64,000 nt of DNA from an uncultured archaeon (GCA_902386385.1 CABMIU010000013.1:1667-65666), one strand, 5' to 3'; shown: positions 10,361 to 20,693, counted from the first letter of the stretch. Notes: generated by a model not told the origin, from the letters alone. A program made the numbers and translations.

Positions 10361-11230
10361 TCAGTAGCCCCTGAGTTTTTTCCTCACTTTGATTTCGCTT
10401 TCATAAACCGTCTTCACGCCGTTGCCGAGAATTTTTGGCACGCTCCTTATCTGCTTGTAAAGCTTGTCCATCCCCTGTATTTCAACGCTGGACGACTGGT
10501 CGGTCCCCCACATTGTATGGTCAAGTGTAATGTGCCGTTCCACTATCTGTGCGCCCAGCGCAACAGCGACGGTTGTCGGGTCCAGGCCATATTCGTGGCC
10601 GCTGTAGCCGATTGCACAGTTGTACCTCTTCTTGAAAACCGGGATTGACCTTAAGTTCAGCTCATCGAGCTTTGCGGGATATGACGAGTTGCACACGAGC
10701 AGGGCATACTGGCTCGCGTGCTTCTTCAGCAGGGCGGCAGCAGAATCTATTTCCTTAAGGGTGCTCATTCCAGTGGAAAGCAGTATAGGCCTGCCTGTCT
10801 TACAGGCCGCGGTGACAAGTTCATTGTTAGTGAGCATAGCCGACGGGATTTTGATGAAAGGGAGTTCATATTTGGACATGAATTCCAGGCTTTCCAGGTC
10901 CCAGACCGAAGCAGCCCAGTCAATCGGCTTTTCGCGGCAATATTTGTCGAGGTAATCATATTCTTTGCGGCCGAATTCCATCCTGTGCTTGTATTCCAGG
11001 TAAGTCATCTTGCCCCACGGGGTTTCCTTTTCAACGTTTTTCTGGCATTCTGGAACGCACAAATCAGGGGTCCTTTTCTGGAATTTGACGCAATTCCATC
11101 CCGTGGCAAAGGCGCCATCAACCAGCTTCTTCGCAATCTGCAGGTCGCCATTGTGGTTTATGCCAATTTCGGCGATTATATATGTGCCGTCCAAATCATT
11201 GAAGTCCACTTTGTTGAATTTTTTTTCCAT
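10361..11230 (-). CDS. neuB: N-acetylneuraminate synthase family (NeuB-like) nonulosonic acid synthase, short form without C-terminal SAF domain
   Basis: IIAEIGINHNGD, VKFQKR, KIPSA, LSTGMS, GYSGHE, VERHITLD, WGTDQ. Confidence 0.9.
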   Translation of the reverse strand: MEKKFNKVDFNDLDGTYIIAEIGINHNGDLQIAKKLVDGAFATGWNCVKFQKRTPDLCVPECQKNVEKETPWGKMTYLEYKHRMEFGRKEYDYLDKYCREKPIDWAASVWDLESLEFMSKYELPFIKIPSAMLTNNELVTAACKTGRPILLSTGMSTLKEIDSAAALLKKHASQYALLVCNSSYPAKLDELNLRSIPVFKKRYNCAIGYSGHEYGLDPTTVAVALGAQIVERHITLDHTMWGTDQSSSVEIQGMDKLYKQIRSVPKILGNGVKTVYESEIKVRKKLRGY

Positions 11231-11281
11231 CCGAAAACCAGACCAACCAGCCAATTTGAAAAACACGAACACACTAACTTT

Positions 11282-12346
11282 TCATTTCACATAATTTCCT
11301 GCAAGTTTCATGTCACAGGCAACTGTGCATTTCAGCCCCGGCGTAAGGTCAAAATGGCTTCTTCTGAATTCAGCGTATTTTTTTCCGTTCCATATGTCCC
11401 GCAGCGTTTCCTTTTTTACATCCCCGAGTATTATCTCATTGTTGTAATCTTCCATGCACATGGCAGCCATCCCGTCGGATTTTATCGTCATTGACATCCA
11501 GGGGTGCTTGCATATTTCCGACCAGTGGACCGACTTTGTCCCGTGGAAGTCCTTCCGGTACCACTGCTGGTCCTCGCTCTTCAGGTAGATGTAAACATCC
11601 TTGCCTTCAAATGCCTTTTTAAGCAATTCAAAATCCTCCTTTTGGCTGGGCCGGTTCAGGTCAATCATCGTGATTATAATGGTGGTTTTCAGCCCCTGCT
11701 CTTTTTTTATCTCAAGGAGTTTCAATATCTTTTCATAGCTGGCCGAGAAGTTTGACGCGTTCCCCCTGATTTGCTTGTGTTTTGCATCGTCAACGCTTTC
11801 CAGCGAATACTTTATGTAATCCAGCCCGTTTTTGAACATCTCAACGGTTTTTTCAATGTCAATATTCGCGGGGTTGCAGCTGAAATAAGAGTAAAAGCCC
11901 TTTTCAGACAATAATTTCAGGTAATCGCCCAGGTTCCTGTCCAAAAGCGGGTCGCCATATCCGTGGAGCTGTATCACGTTCGGGATAATATACAAAAAAA
12001 AGTGGTTTTCGCTCATTTCATTTTCCTCGATTCCATAATTTTTTTTGACGAATTTGACCCATTCAGCCCATTTTTCCTTGCTATGGGGCTTTATCTGCGC
12101 TATGACCTTCCTGAAGGTGCCATTATCCATCTGGGTTATCGGGCGGGTCATCCTTGTTGTCCTAGGGCACATTTCGCACCGCATGTTGCAGGCATTCGTG
12201 GTCTCTATATTGTATACTGCCGGCTCTTTGTTCCTGTAGCCCTCGAATTTTTTGAGGAGGGCCTCCTTGCCGAATATTTCACCTTTTTCAATCCTTCTCT
12301 GGACATCATGAACTTTCATGTAAAAATCCGTATCAAACATTTTCAC
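11282..12346 (-). CDS. Radical SAM protein with SPASM/twitch domain
   Basis: CNMRCEMC motif; GYGDPLLD; C-terminal CKHPW...MC.D...LGD...IWNG...CTVAC. Confidence 0.88.
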   Translation of the reverse strand: MKMFDTDFYMKVHDVQRRIEKGEIFGKEALLKKFEGYRNKEPAVYNIETTNACNMRCEMCPRTTRMTRPITQMDNGTFRKVIAQIKPHSKEKWAEWVKFVKKNYGIEENEMSENHFFLYIIPNVIQLHGYGDPLLDRNLGDYLKLLSEKGFYSYFSCNPANIDIEKTVEMFKNGLDYIKYSLESVDDAKHKQIRGNASNFSASYEKILKLLEIKKEQGLKTTIIITMIDLNRPSQKEDFELLKKAFEGKDVYIYLKSEDQQWYRKDFHGTKSVHWSEICKHPWMSMTIKSDGMAAMCMEDYNNEIILGDVKKETLRDIWNGKKYAEFRRSHFDLTPGLKCTVACDMKLAGNYVK

Positions 12347-12385
12347 ACCGCCACAAACAAATCAAAAAGCACAGCACCGGCAATT

Positions 12386-13636
12386 TCAGGAGTGCCTCCT
12401 CTTGTCAAGCTTTCTTATAGTTTCCCCGAGGATTTCCGCCTTGGCCTTCGCCAGTTCCAGATTCCTGTAATTTGTCTTGAACTGCATCAGCTTGGGCTGT
12501 ACTGCCTCGGCTGTTTTGCACAGGCCTTTTTTATAATCGACACTGCTGTAAACCCACGGGCACCTTTTCGCAAAGGCCATTGTTTCAATTACCGGCTCAA
12601 GATACGGCACGGACCACGCGCCATACACGCCATCCCCGCCATTCTTGATATACTCTTTCCTGAAATCTTCCCAGGAAACCCCGATTTTTTCCCTGCCGGC
12701 GTATATTGCGCCAAGCGTATAATAAGAATTCGTGTAACCTTCAGGGCATTTTTGGGGAATCAGGAAATCGCATCCGGCCATTACGTCGATAAACAGCTCT
12801 GCAGACTTTACCCTGAGGCTTACCAGCTCGTCCACCCTTTCAAGCTGGGCAAACGCTATGGCCGCATTGAATTCGGACAGGCGGTAATTCCAGCCAAGAA
12901 CATCATGGCGCTTGTAATTCGGGTTCTGGAACAGGTCCTGATTGAGCCTTATCCTGCCCTCCTCGGCCATCAGGTTCTTGAAGCCATGGCCACCCAGCTT
13001 CCTCACAGCCTCGGCATATTGCTCATCATTAGTGATAATCATGCCGCCCTCGCCACAGGAAATGTGCTTCGTATTCTCGAAACTGTAGCTGGCCATGTGC
13101 CCAATCGTCCCGGCCAGCCGGCCTTTGTATTTGCTGAGCATGCATTGCGCATTATCCTCTATGACTGCAAGGCCGTGCCTTTCAGCGATTTCCATTATGG
13201 GGTCCATGTCACATGGCAGGCCATAAATCGACACAGGGATTATGGCTTTTGTTTTCTTCGTTATTTTTTTTGCGGCATCTGCCGGGTCCATTGTCCATGT
13301 TTCAGGGTCAATGTCGGCATAAACAGGAACCGCATTTGCATGTATTGTCGCAGTTGAATCCATTATGACTGTAAGTGCGGGGGAAATCACCTCGTCGCCT
13401 GGCCCGACGCCCGCGGCTTCAAGCGCAGCGTGCAATGTCGAAGTGCCTGAATTCAGCGCAACCGCGTATTTCACCCCGAACAGGTCCGCGAATTTCCTCT
13501 CCAGCGCGTTGTTCCAACTGCCCCCCGTTGCCGACCAGCTTTCGGAAGCAAGTACTTTCTTGACGTACTCAAGCTCGTTCCCGAGATACTTTGACGGGTT
13601 CTTGACCCCTGATTGGCTTTTGACGCTTAATCCCAT
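12386..13636 (-). CDS. DegT/DnrJ/EryC1/StrS PLP-dependent sugar aminotransferase
   Basis: NSGTSTLH, GDEVI, IEDNAQ, SFENTKHISCGEGG, GWNYRL. Confidence 0.92.
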   Translation of the reverse strand: MGLSVKSQSGVKNPSKYLGNELEYVKKVLASESWSATGGSWNNALERKFADLFGVKYAVALNSGTSTLHAALEAAGVGPGDEVISPALTVIMDSTATIHANAVPVYADIDPETWTMDPADAAKKITKKTKAIIPVSIYGLPCDMDPIMEIAERHGLAVIEDNAQCMLSKYKGRLAGTIGHMASYSFENTKHISCGEGGMIITNDEQYAEAVRKLGGHGFKNLMAEEGRIRLNQDLFQNPNYKRHDVLGWNYRLSEFNAAIAFAQLERVDELVSLRVKSAELFIDVMAGCDFLIPQKCPEGYTNSYYTLGAIYAGREKIGVSWEDFRKEYIKNGGDGVYGAWSVPYLEPVIETMAFAKRCPWVYSSVDYKKGLCKTAEAVQPKLMQFKTNYRNLELAKAKAEILGETIRKLDKRRHS

Positions 13637-13638
13637 TT

Positions 13639-14415
13639 TCAGGCACCTTTTTTCAGCACTAATTTCGTTTTTTTCTTCTGGTTGTCGGCCCAGTCCCTGA
13701 GCCTGAACTGGTTGATTTTGACAAGCCCTGGATTTTTGTCGAGGTATCCGATAACGTCCCTGAGGCTGAAGCCCTTTCCATCAAAGTGCCCGAATATCTC
13801 TTTAAAAAGCATGAAATCTTCCTCATAGTCGAGGGTGAGCCTTATTTCAGGCCGGCTGAACAGCTTGTCGCACTCAAGCTTTTCGGTTTTGAAAAGCCCA
13901 GTGTCCTTGAAATAAGTCCACATCATTTCAGTGTCGCTTGTGCCCTTTATCCCGCACACTTTTTCCAGGGCGCTGACTTTTATGCCATAGGTGAAGGAGC
14001 CGCATACAATGCCTTCGCCGCCCTCGATGAAATCCGCGCCGGTCATCGAGTGCTGCCTGAAAGCGAGGTCCATGAGCTCTGGCTCGCACAGGAGGTCGTC
14101 GCCATCAGCGGTAACGAAAAAATCCACGCCGAACTTCTTCGCGGCGCCTTTCCACCTTTCAAGCTTGTCATTCTCGCTGCCCCTGAAGCAGAGTATCCCG
14201 TTCCGGCCCGCGATTTTCTCCAAAACGTCATCCGCCTTGTTTGTAGTCGTGCAAAGGACGACAATGTCCTTCTCCGCGGAAGCCTTTGCGCGGTCAATTA
14301 CATATTGGATTGTTGGCTTTCCGAGGATTTCCAGGAGAGCCTTGTTCGGAAGGCGCGTGGATGACGTCCTTACTGTGATGAAAACGGCCTTTTTGCCCAC
14401 CAGAACACCGACCAA
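13639..14415 (-). CDS. SpsF/KdsB-like cytidylyltransferase (CMP-ulosonate synthetase family)
   Basis: RTSSTRLPNKAL, FRGSENDKL, ADGDD, RLTLDYEED. Confidence 0.85.
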   Translation of the reverse strand: MVGVLVGKKAVFITVRTSSTRLPNKALLEILGKPTIQYVIDRAKASAEKDIVVLCTTTNKADDVLEKIAGRNGILCFRGSENDKLERWKGAAKKFGVDFFVTADGDDLLCEPELMDLAFRQHSMTGADFIEGGEGIVCGSFTYGIKVSALEKVCGIKGTSDTEMMWTYFKDTGLFKTEKLECDKLFSRPEIRLTLDYEEDFMLFKEIFGHFDGKGFSLRDVIGYLDKNPGLVKINQFRLRDWADNQKKKTKLVLKKGA

Positions 14416-14506
14416 AAAAAAACAATGAATGCAGCCGCCGGCTGCCTGAACATGATATAATCACAGGGCGGCTTTTTAAAAACGCTTTGGTTCAATAAAG
14501 CAAAGC

Positions 14507-15562
14507 ATGGGCGTTGCTCTCGGAAAAAGGTATGAATATGACGGGAAGCCGACCATGGCAATGAACAAAGTGCAGCTCGAAACAAAAAAAGCGATTGACA
14601 GGAAAATCGCGAGCGGGCATTATGCTTTTGAAGAAGTTGGATGCGCGGTTTGCGGGTCATGTGAATTTGAAAAGCTGGCTGAAAAAGAAAGGTATGGCCT
14701 TTTCATGCCGGTCGCGATATGCAGGAAATGCGGACTAGTTCAGACGAACCCGCGCATGGATAAACAGAGTTATTCCGAGTTTTACCGGTGCGAATACAGG
14801 AAACTGCACAACGCGGCAGAGCACCCGACCGAAGAATTTTTCCAAAGCCAGCGCGAAAGGGGAAAAGAAATTTATAATTTTATAGCCAAGGCCATCGGGC
14901 AGGAGCCACGGGGCAAATTGGTTGCCGAGATAGGGGTCGGGGCGGGGGGCATTCTGCAGTATTTCAAAGAGATGGGCAATGAAGTCCTGGGCTTTGACTT
15001 TGATGAAGAATATATCGGCTACGGAAAGAAAATGGGGTTAAGCCTCGAAATCGGTGGCATAGAAAAATTGGTTGCTGCAGGGAAGAAAGCAGATATAATA
15101 ATTTATTGCCATGTTTTTGAACATTTGCTCGACCCGGTTTCCGAACTCGAAAAAATCAGCAGTTGCCTTGGCGCAGGCGGGGTGTTGTTTATAGAGGTGC
15201 CGACCATTAAAGGCATTCATTCGGTTTATAACTCGGATTTTTTGCAGTATCTCAATAATGCCCATACTTACCACTTCACCATGGAAACGCTGGACAATTG
15301 CATGAAAAAAGGCGGCTTTGAAATCATTTATGGAACTGACTCCGGGGTCGCTGTGTTCAGGGCAGGGAAAAAAACGGAGGGCCATGCCAATGAGTATGGC
15401 AAAACCATCGCTTTCCTGAAAAGCGCGGAAAATTCGCGGGCAGCATTGATAAATTTTCCAGTGGTGAAACTGAGGATTTTCCGGGCAATTTCAACGATTA
15501 TTTCATCTGCCGGCCTGACAGCGGCTGCAAAAAAAATCAGGGTGAAATTGACGGGCAAATGA
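14507..15562 (+). CDS. Class I SAM-dependent methyltransferase with N-terminal Zn-ribbon
   Basis: CAVC...CRKCGL; EIGVGAG; HVFEHLLDP; IEVP. Confidence 0.85.
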   Translation: MGVALGKRYEYDGKPTMAMNKVQLETKKAIDRKIASGHYAFEEVGCAVCGSCEFEKLAEKERYGLFMPVAICRKCGLVQTNPRMDKQSYSEFYRCEYRKLHNAAEHPTEEFFQSQRERGKEIYNFIAKAIGQEPRGKLVAEIGVGAGGILQYFKEMGNEVLGFDFDEEYIGYGKKMGLSLEIGGIEKLVAAGKKADIIIYCHVFEHLLDPVSELEKISSCLGAGGVLFIEVPTIKGIHSVYNSDFLQYLNNAHTYHFTMETLDNCMKKGGFEIIYGTDSGVAVFRAGKKTEGHANEYGKTIAFLKSAENSRAALINFPVVKLRIFRAISTIISSAGLTAAAKKIRVKLTGK

Positions 15563-15605
15563 GCCAGCCGCAAAAGCATAAAAAAAATAAAAAATAAAAA
15601 AACGG

Positions 15606-17108
15606 CTACCTGGCGTTCAGCTTCCTGAAAACGCCCCCGAAGAGGAATGCGGAAAGCAGTGCAAGCGCCACTATTTTCGCGGCCCATGTCAGGACAATAC
15701 CGGCTGAAATGGATTCGACATACAGGTACGCGACTGCGAGGCATGCGAAAACGACGAAAGATGGCATTATCCTGCGGATGCTGATTGCGTTGCGCTCCTT
15801 AAGCACGAACCTGACATTCAGGTAGTGCAGGAAGAACATGAGGCCGAATGAAAGCATCGAAGTGTATGCTGCAACCGCATACCCGTACCGTGGAATCAGG
15901 AAGTAGTTCATTGCAATGCTGAATGAAATTGAGCTGACCGTAATGATGGAAATAAGCCAGGTCTTTTTCCTGTACTCGGAATAAAGCAGATACAGGCTGT
16001 AAAGGAAAAAGAAAAAGTAGCCAAAAACGACAGGCGCTACGATAGAGGCACTCGCAGAATACTGCGATGCGGCAAATATTGAAATGAAATCCTTTGAAAA
16101 AACTATTATGCCGAGCGCTGCCAGCAAAACAAGCTTTGCAGACCGCACTGCGAGGCGCTCTATTTCCAGGAACTTTCCGTGCTCCATGCAGGCAAAGAAC
16201 TTAGGAGACCATGCGCTGGTTATGGCGGTTATTGCGACAAGCAGGACCATGCCGACATTGTAGCCTAGGCTGTAAATCCCCGCGCTCGCCACGCCTGCAA
16301 TCTGACCCACGACAATCCTGTCAAAGTATGAAAGCAAGTAACCGCCAAATGAGTGGGGAAGCAGCGGAATCCCGAACTTGAGGGAATACTTGATGTCCCG
16401 AATCGCATTGCGGAATCCGGAATCGAACCTTATTTCGCTGAAAAGCCGGTACGCTGAATAAGCGAAAATAATGCCGCCGATGAGCAGAGAAGCATGTATC
16501 GCACCGATGTGCCTTGCAGATTTTTCAGTGAGAAAAACCCATGGGACTGAAATGCACAGCACCGCGAGGGACTGGAGAACCACTATTGCCGAGTATTGCC
16601 TGCTCTGGTTCTTTGCCTGGAGAAGGCGGGTATAAACCCCGAACACTACAGTGAAAAAAGCAGAGAAAGAGGCAAGGGCCAAAAGCTCCCGGGGCAGCTG
16701 GAAAAATGCCGATATCTGCCCGCCGAAAAGCAGCATTGCGATGACCAATGCAAACGAGAAAAAAGACAGGAAGGCAAGGTTGCTGCCAAGGAAGGAAGGA
16801 TAGCCTTCCTTGTCCTTCTCAAAAAAGCGCCGGTACATCCCCCCGGTAATTCCTGCGGACATTATTACTGAGAGTATGCCGGAAACCGACTGGAAAATTG
16901 CAAGGACACCATATGATGCGGGAAGCATGAGCCTGGTGAAAATCGGGACAGTTACAAGGCTTATGGCCTTTACCGCGAGGTTGGCGTTCAGGTAATTCTT
17001 CGAATGGGACAAAAATTCAACGGTTTCCCTGTCGAGGCCCAGAATGCCGAGGAGAAACCCTTTTGCACGGTTCATGCGGCTGAGGAGGAACTCCTTCGGA
17101 TTAAACAT
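15606..17108 (-). CDS. Wzx/RfbX-type oligosaccharide flippase
   Basis: PIFTRLM..YG, multi-TM MATE-like topology, FDRIVV, GIYSLG, LIPRYGY. Confidence 0.88.
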   Translation of the reverse strand: MFNPKEFLLSRMNRAKGFLLGILGLDRETVEFLSHSKNYLNANLAVKAISLVTVPIFTRLMLPASYGVLAIFQSVSGILSVIMSAGITGGMYRRFFEKDKEGYPSFLGSNLAFLSFFSFALVIAMLLFGGQISAFFQLPRELLALASFSAFFTVVFGVYTRLLQAKNQSRQYSAIVVLQSLAVLCISVPWVFLTEKSARHIGAIHASLLIGGIIFAYSAYRLFSEIRFDSGFRNAIRDIKYSLKFGIPLLPHSFGGYLLSYFDRIVVGQIAGVASAGIYSLGYNVGMVLLVAITAITSAWSPKFFACMEHGKFLEIERLAVRSAKLVLLAALGIIVFSKDFISIFAASQYSASASIVAPVVFGYFFFFLYSLYLLYSEYRKKTWLISIITVSSISFSIAMNYFLIPRYGYAVAAYTSMLSFGLMFFLHYLNVRFVLKERNAISIRRIMPSFVVFACLAVAYLYVESISAGIVLTWAAKIVALALLSAFLFGGVFRKLNAR

Positions 17109-17215
17109 AAGTAACAGTTCCGGAAAAGGCTATCAAAAAGAATCCTTTGGCACGGGATAATAAAAGTGTTTTGGTTCGGGTCAGCCTTTTTCTTTTCGTT
17201 GACACGAAAAGAAAA

Positions 17216-17261
17216 CCTTGTCCCCTGCGGGGACGAGGCCTCGCCCCTTAAAGGGACAAGG
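17216..17261. repeat. Nested 46-bp inverted repeat in divergent intergenic region
   Basis: CCTTGTCCC (17216-17224) / GGGACAAGG (17253-17261) perfect IR enclosing GGGGACGAGG|CCTCGCCCC. Confidence 0.6.
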
Positions 17262-17336
17262 GCCTGGCGAAAAAGAAAAGTGCAAAAGTATGGCGGCAAC
17301 AGAGCATTAAAAATGGTTTTGTGCAACATTGGTTTC

Positions 17337-17837
17337 ATGAAGAAAATGCCAATGGAAAAACTCGCTAATATAAGGCTGCTTGCCCTCGACTTTGACGGAG
17401 TCCTCACGGACAACCGCGTCCTCGTGAACGAAAAGGGCGAGGAATCCGTGTTCTGCAGCAGGTCTGACGGATACGGCATAAGCCACGTTGCAAAGCCCGC
17501 GGGAATTGAGGTAATGGTGATTTCCCTCGAGACAAACGGGGTTGTAGAGGCAAGATGCAGGAAGCTCGGAGTAGAGTGCCTCACGGGCCGGAAAGACAAG
17601 CTCGCAGCATTGAAAAGTGCCTGCGCCGCAAGGGGCATAAGCCTCGTGGAAACCTGCTTTGTCGGAAATGACGCCACGGATATTGAATGCATTGAAAAAG
17701 CCGGGTTCGGCGTTTGCGTCGCAGATGCGGAACCGGGGCTTGCAGGGAAAGCCGATTACGTCACAAAAAAGCAGGGCGGAAAAGGCGCTGTACGCGAAGT
17801 ATGCGAGCTGCTTGCAGATGCGAAGAAGGAAAAATAA
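17337..17837 (+). CDS. KdsC-family HAD phosphatase (KDO-8-P/KDN-9-P phosphatase-like)
   Basis: LDFDGVLTD, SDGYGI, GNDATD, GGKGAVRE. Confidence 0.88.
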   Translation: MKKMPMEKLANIRLLALDFDGVLTDNRVLVNEKGEESVFCSRSDGYGISHVAKPAGIEVMVISLETNGVVEARCRKLGVECLTGRKDKLAALKSACAARGISLVETCFVGNDATDIECIEKAGFGVCVADAEPGLAGKADYVTKKQGGKGAVREVCELLADAKKEK

Positions 17838-17896
17838 ATTTGGTTTTGCAATTTGAAGCAATGCCCCATCAGCCCATTCTGCTTTCAGCAGAAATT

Positions 17897-18970
17897 TCAG
17901 CGGAAATAAATTTTTTCAAGCTTGTGGTAAAGACCTGCGGAATCGAAATTTTTTTCAGCAAACTTCCTCGCGTTGAGGCCCATTTCAACTAGCCTTTTTT
18001 CTCCCGCGGCATATGCCGCGGAGATGGCTGCCGCGAGGGCATCCGCATCCCCTGGCATGAAAATAAAGCCTGCATCCGCCTTCTCGAGAATCATGCGGCA
18101 GTCGCTCACGTCGCTCGCGATTACAGGCCTGCCAAGGCACATGTAGGTGGAAAGCTTGTGGGGATACGCCCCCGCCCCGAACCTGCGGTTGTATGTGCTG
18201 AGGAAAACGCTGCAGCCGGAAAGCTCCTCCGCGAATTTTCTGGCGCCAGCAACAACGCCAGCATAATTTACATTCGGGAGTTTCTGGTAGCCTGAAGAAT
18301 CAAAGCCAACAAGCTTGAATGAAATTTTTTTATTTACCTGGAGCTTTGCTGCAGCTTCCAGGATGGTTCCGATGCCCTGGTATGGCGAATCGTTTCCGCC
18401 GTAGCCGACAATGAATTTCCCCTTTGGCGGGGCTTCGTAGCAGAATTCCGATGCATCAACAGGGCCCCATATCACATGTATTTTTTCAGGACGGACGCCG
18501 TACTCGCGGCAGAATATTTCTTTCATCCCGTTGCTCATCACGATTATTTTGTCGGAAAGCGCACACGAAACCATTTCCTTGAAGGAAAAATGCAGGGGGG
18601 AAGAATTCCTTGCAACGGCATGTGCCTCAAAAACCACCCTTGCGCCGAAAATAATTTTGTAAACGCATGCAACGAAAGCGCTGTCATCGAGGAAGCAGTG
18701 TATTATTTTCGGCCTGGTTCTTATGAGCCGAAGCAGAATAACCGCCAGCCTCGCGGTTTTTTTGAAAGGGAAAAACAGTTGCCGGAAAAATCCATCGGCA
18801 GTAAAAAATCCGGTGGCCCGCTTGCTGCCAAAACTTATTCCGGAAAGGCACTCTGGCAGCACTACTTCTGCGCCTGTATGCTTTGAAACCTCCTCAAAAG
18901 TAGTTTTTGTCCTCGAAGGCGTGCCTGTAAGGCCATTGAGGTTATAGGTCATCAGGAAGTGGATTTTCAT
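17897..18970 (-). CDS. GT4 family glycosyltransferase
   Basis: YQGIGTI, YPHKLSTYMCLGRPVIASDV, GT-B C-terminus. Confidence 0.85.
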   Translation of the reverse strand: MKIHFLMTYNLNGLTGTPSRTKTTFEEVSKHTGAEVVLPECLSGISFGSKRATGFFTADGFFRQLFFPFKKTARLAVILLRLIRTRPKIIHCFLDDSAFVACVYKIIFGARVVFEAHAVARNSSPLHFSFKEMVSCALSDKIIVMSNGMKEIFCREYGVRPEKIHVIWGPVDASEFCYEAPPKGKFIVGYGGNDSPYQGIGTILEAAAKLQVNKKISFKLVGFDSSGYQKLPNVNYAGVVAGARKFAEELSGCSVFLSTYNRRFGAGAYPHKLSTYMCLGRPVIASDVSDCRMILEKADAGFIFMPGDADALAAAISAAYAAGEKRLVEMGLNARKFAEKNFDSAGLYHKLEKIYFR

Positions 18971-19136
18971 GCCGCTTTTTACACGCATGGCATCCATCCA
19001 AAACACCGACTGGCCAAAAAGGCATTGGTCCGAAAGGTTCCATTTATTTATCCGGCCCTAAGCAACTGTGAAAATGTATATTAAAATAGCTTTGGTTCAA
19101 CAATTTTCCATTTGAATTTAATTCTCTGGTGAGGGC

Positions 19137-19706
19137 TTGGCTAAGACAATATACCGGGTTTTGCTCGAATCCGAACTCAGGAAAGCCTTTGCAAAGCTAA
19201 GCCCCGGCAAAGTCCTCGATGCGGGAGGCGCGAGCTCGCCTTACAGGGAACTGGTGCCGCACATGGAATACCTTTGCCTTGACCTGAACGCGGGGCACAA
19301 GCCGGACATTGTCGGGGATGTGCATTGCCTGCCGCTGAAAAACGGCTCATTCGACACGGTAATTGCAACCGAACTGCTTGAGCACTGCAGGGACCCGAAA
19401 AAAGTTGTAAGCGAATTCCGCAGGGTGCTGAAAAAAGGCGGGGCCGTAGTCGCCTCATGCCCATTCATTTACCATTACCATGGCGACGATTTCAGCAAGG
19501 ATTACTGGAGGTTCTCAAGCGACGGGTTAAAGGAGCTTTTCAGCGGTTTCAGCTCGGCGGAAATTTTCCCTCACGGGAGCTTCACCACGACAGCCCTGAA
19601 CCTTTTTTTCTGCAAATTCCCATTTCTCAACAGGCTCAGCGGAATCGCATCAAAAATCAGGATTGGGAACCTGCCCAGCGGCCACGTTATTCTCGCCATT
19701 AAGTGA
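19137..19706 (+). CDS. Class I SAM-dependent methyltransferase (type 11)
   Basis: VLDAGG, GDVHCLP, ELLEH, RVLKKGG, DYWRFS. Confidence 0.88.
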   Translation: MAKTIYRVLLESELRKAFAKLSPGKVLDAGGASSPYRELVPHMEYLCLDLNAGHKPDIVGDVHCLPLKNGSFDTVIATELLEHCRDPKKVVSEFRRVLKKGGAVVASCPFIYHYHGDDFSKDYWRFSSDGLKELFSGFSSAEIFPHGSFTTTALNLFFCKFPFLNRLSGIASKIRIGNLPSGHVILAIK

Positions 19707-19757
19707 TTCCTAGCCCAAGCTTCCGGCCCCGTCTGAGACCATTCCATTTGCATTGCA

Positions 19758-20693
19758 CTACTGGTTGCTCTTGTAAAATTCGATTGTTTTCATCAGGCCT
19801 TCCTCGAACCCGGTTTTGGAGACAAAGCCTATTTCAGCCTTGATGCGCTCACTGCTGATTTTCCTGCGCGGCTGGCCGTCAGGCTTTGAGGAATCCCAAA
19901 CTATTTCGCCCCTGAATCCGGTCAGGCGCCCAATCATCTCTGCGAGTGCCTTTATCGAAATCTCGGTGCTGCTGCCGATGTTCATTGGCTCTGCTTTTTC
20001 GTATTTCTCTGCAGCAAGCACTATCGCTTCCGCGGCGTCGGCAACGTAAAGGAATTCACGCGTGGCCTTTCCAGTGCCCCAAACAACAACCCTGCTTTCC
20101 CCTTTTTCCTTCGCATCAACGAACTTTTTTATGAGGGCGGGAATCACGTGGGATTTCTCCGGGTCAAAGCTGTCCCCGGGGCCGTAAAGGTTTGTAGGCA
20201 CAAGGAATATTGACTTGAAGCCATACTGCTGCCTGTATGCCTGGCCCTGCACGAGAAGCATTTTCTTGGCAAGGCCATAAGGCGCGTTTGTCTCTTCGGG
20301 GTAGCCGTTCCAGAGGTCTTCCTCCCTGAAAGGCACAGGGGTGAATTTCGGGTAGCAGCACACAGTGCCGAGCGCCACGAATTTTCCAACTTTTGCCTTG
20401 CGGCACTCTTCAATCAGCTGCACGCCCATGAGGAGGTTGTCGTAAAAAAACTCACCGGGCTTTTTCATATTCGCTCCGATGCCACCAACCTTTGCCGCGA
20501 GGTGGATTACAATGTCCTTGCCGCGCACCACCCTTGCACAGACAGCCTGCTCAGTGAAATCCGCTTCACCGTGCTTCGGGACAAAGAGGTTCTTTTTTTC
20601 AGCCCCCTTGCGAAGGAGCTCTTCAACAACGTATTTGCCGAGAAAGCCATGGCCGCCTGTCACGAGGATTTTCTTTCCTTTGAAGAACGACAT
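19758..20693 (-). CDS. fcl: GDP-L-fucose synthase
   Basis: [57 protein letters not shown]. Confidence 0.92.
   Translation of the reverse strand: MSFFKGKKILVTGGHGFLGKYVVEELLRKGAEKKNLFVPKHGEADFTEQAVCARVVRGKDIVIHLAAKVGGIGANMKKPGEFFYDNLLMGVQLIEECRKAKVGKFVALGTVCCYPKFTPVPFREEDLWNGYPEETNAPYGLAKKMLLVQGQAYRQQYGFKSIFLVPTNLYGPGDSFDPEKSHVIPALIKKFVDAKEKGESRVVVWGTGKATREFLYVADAAEAIVLAAEKYEKAEPMNIGSSTEISIKALAEMIGRLTGFRGEIVWDSSKPDGQPRRKISSERIKAEIGFVSKTGFEEGLMKTIEFYKSNQ

Noticed and set aside
10718-11494. 258-aa plus-strand ORF
   Set aside because: Antisense to neuB and the radical SAM gene; composition not protein-like
11963-13357. 464-aa plus-strand ORF
   Set aside because: Antisense shadow of the well-conserved DegT and radical SAM genes; no motifs of its own
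17166-17336. Long N-terminal extensions in the ORF track (e.g. kdsC from 17166, fcl from 20831, GT2 from 46080, methyltransferase from 22069)
   Set aside because: The extensions cross intergenic or palindromic DNA or overlap neighbours; family homology starts at downstream ATGs
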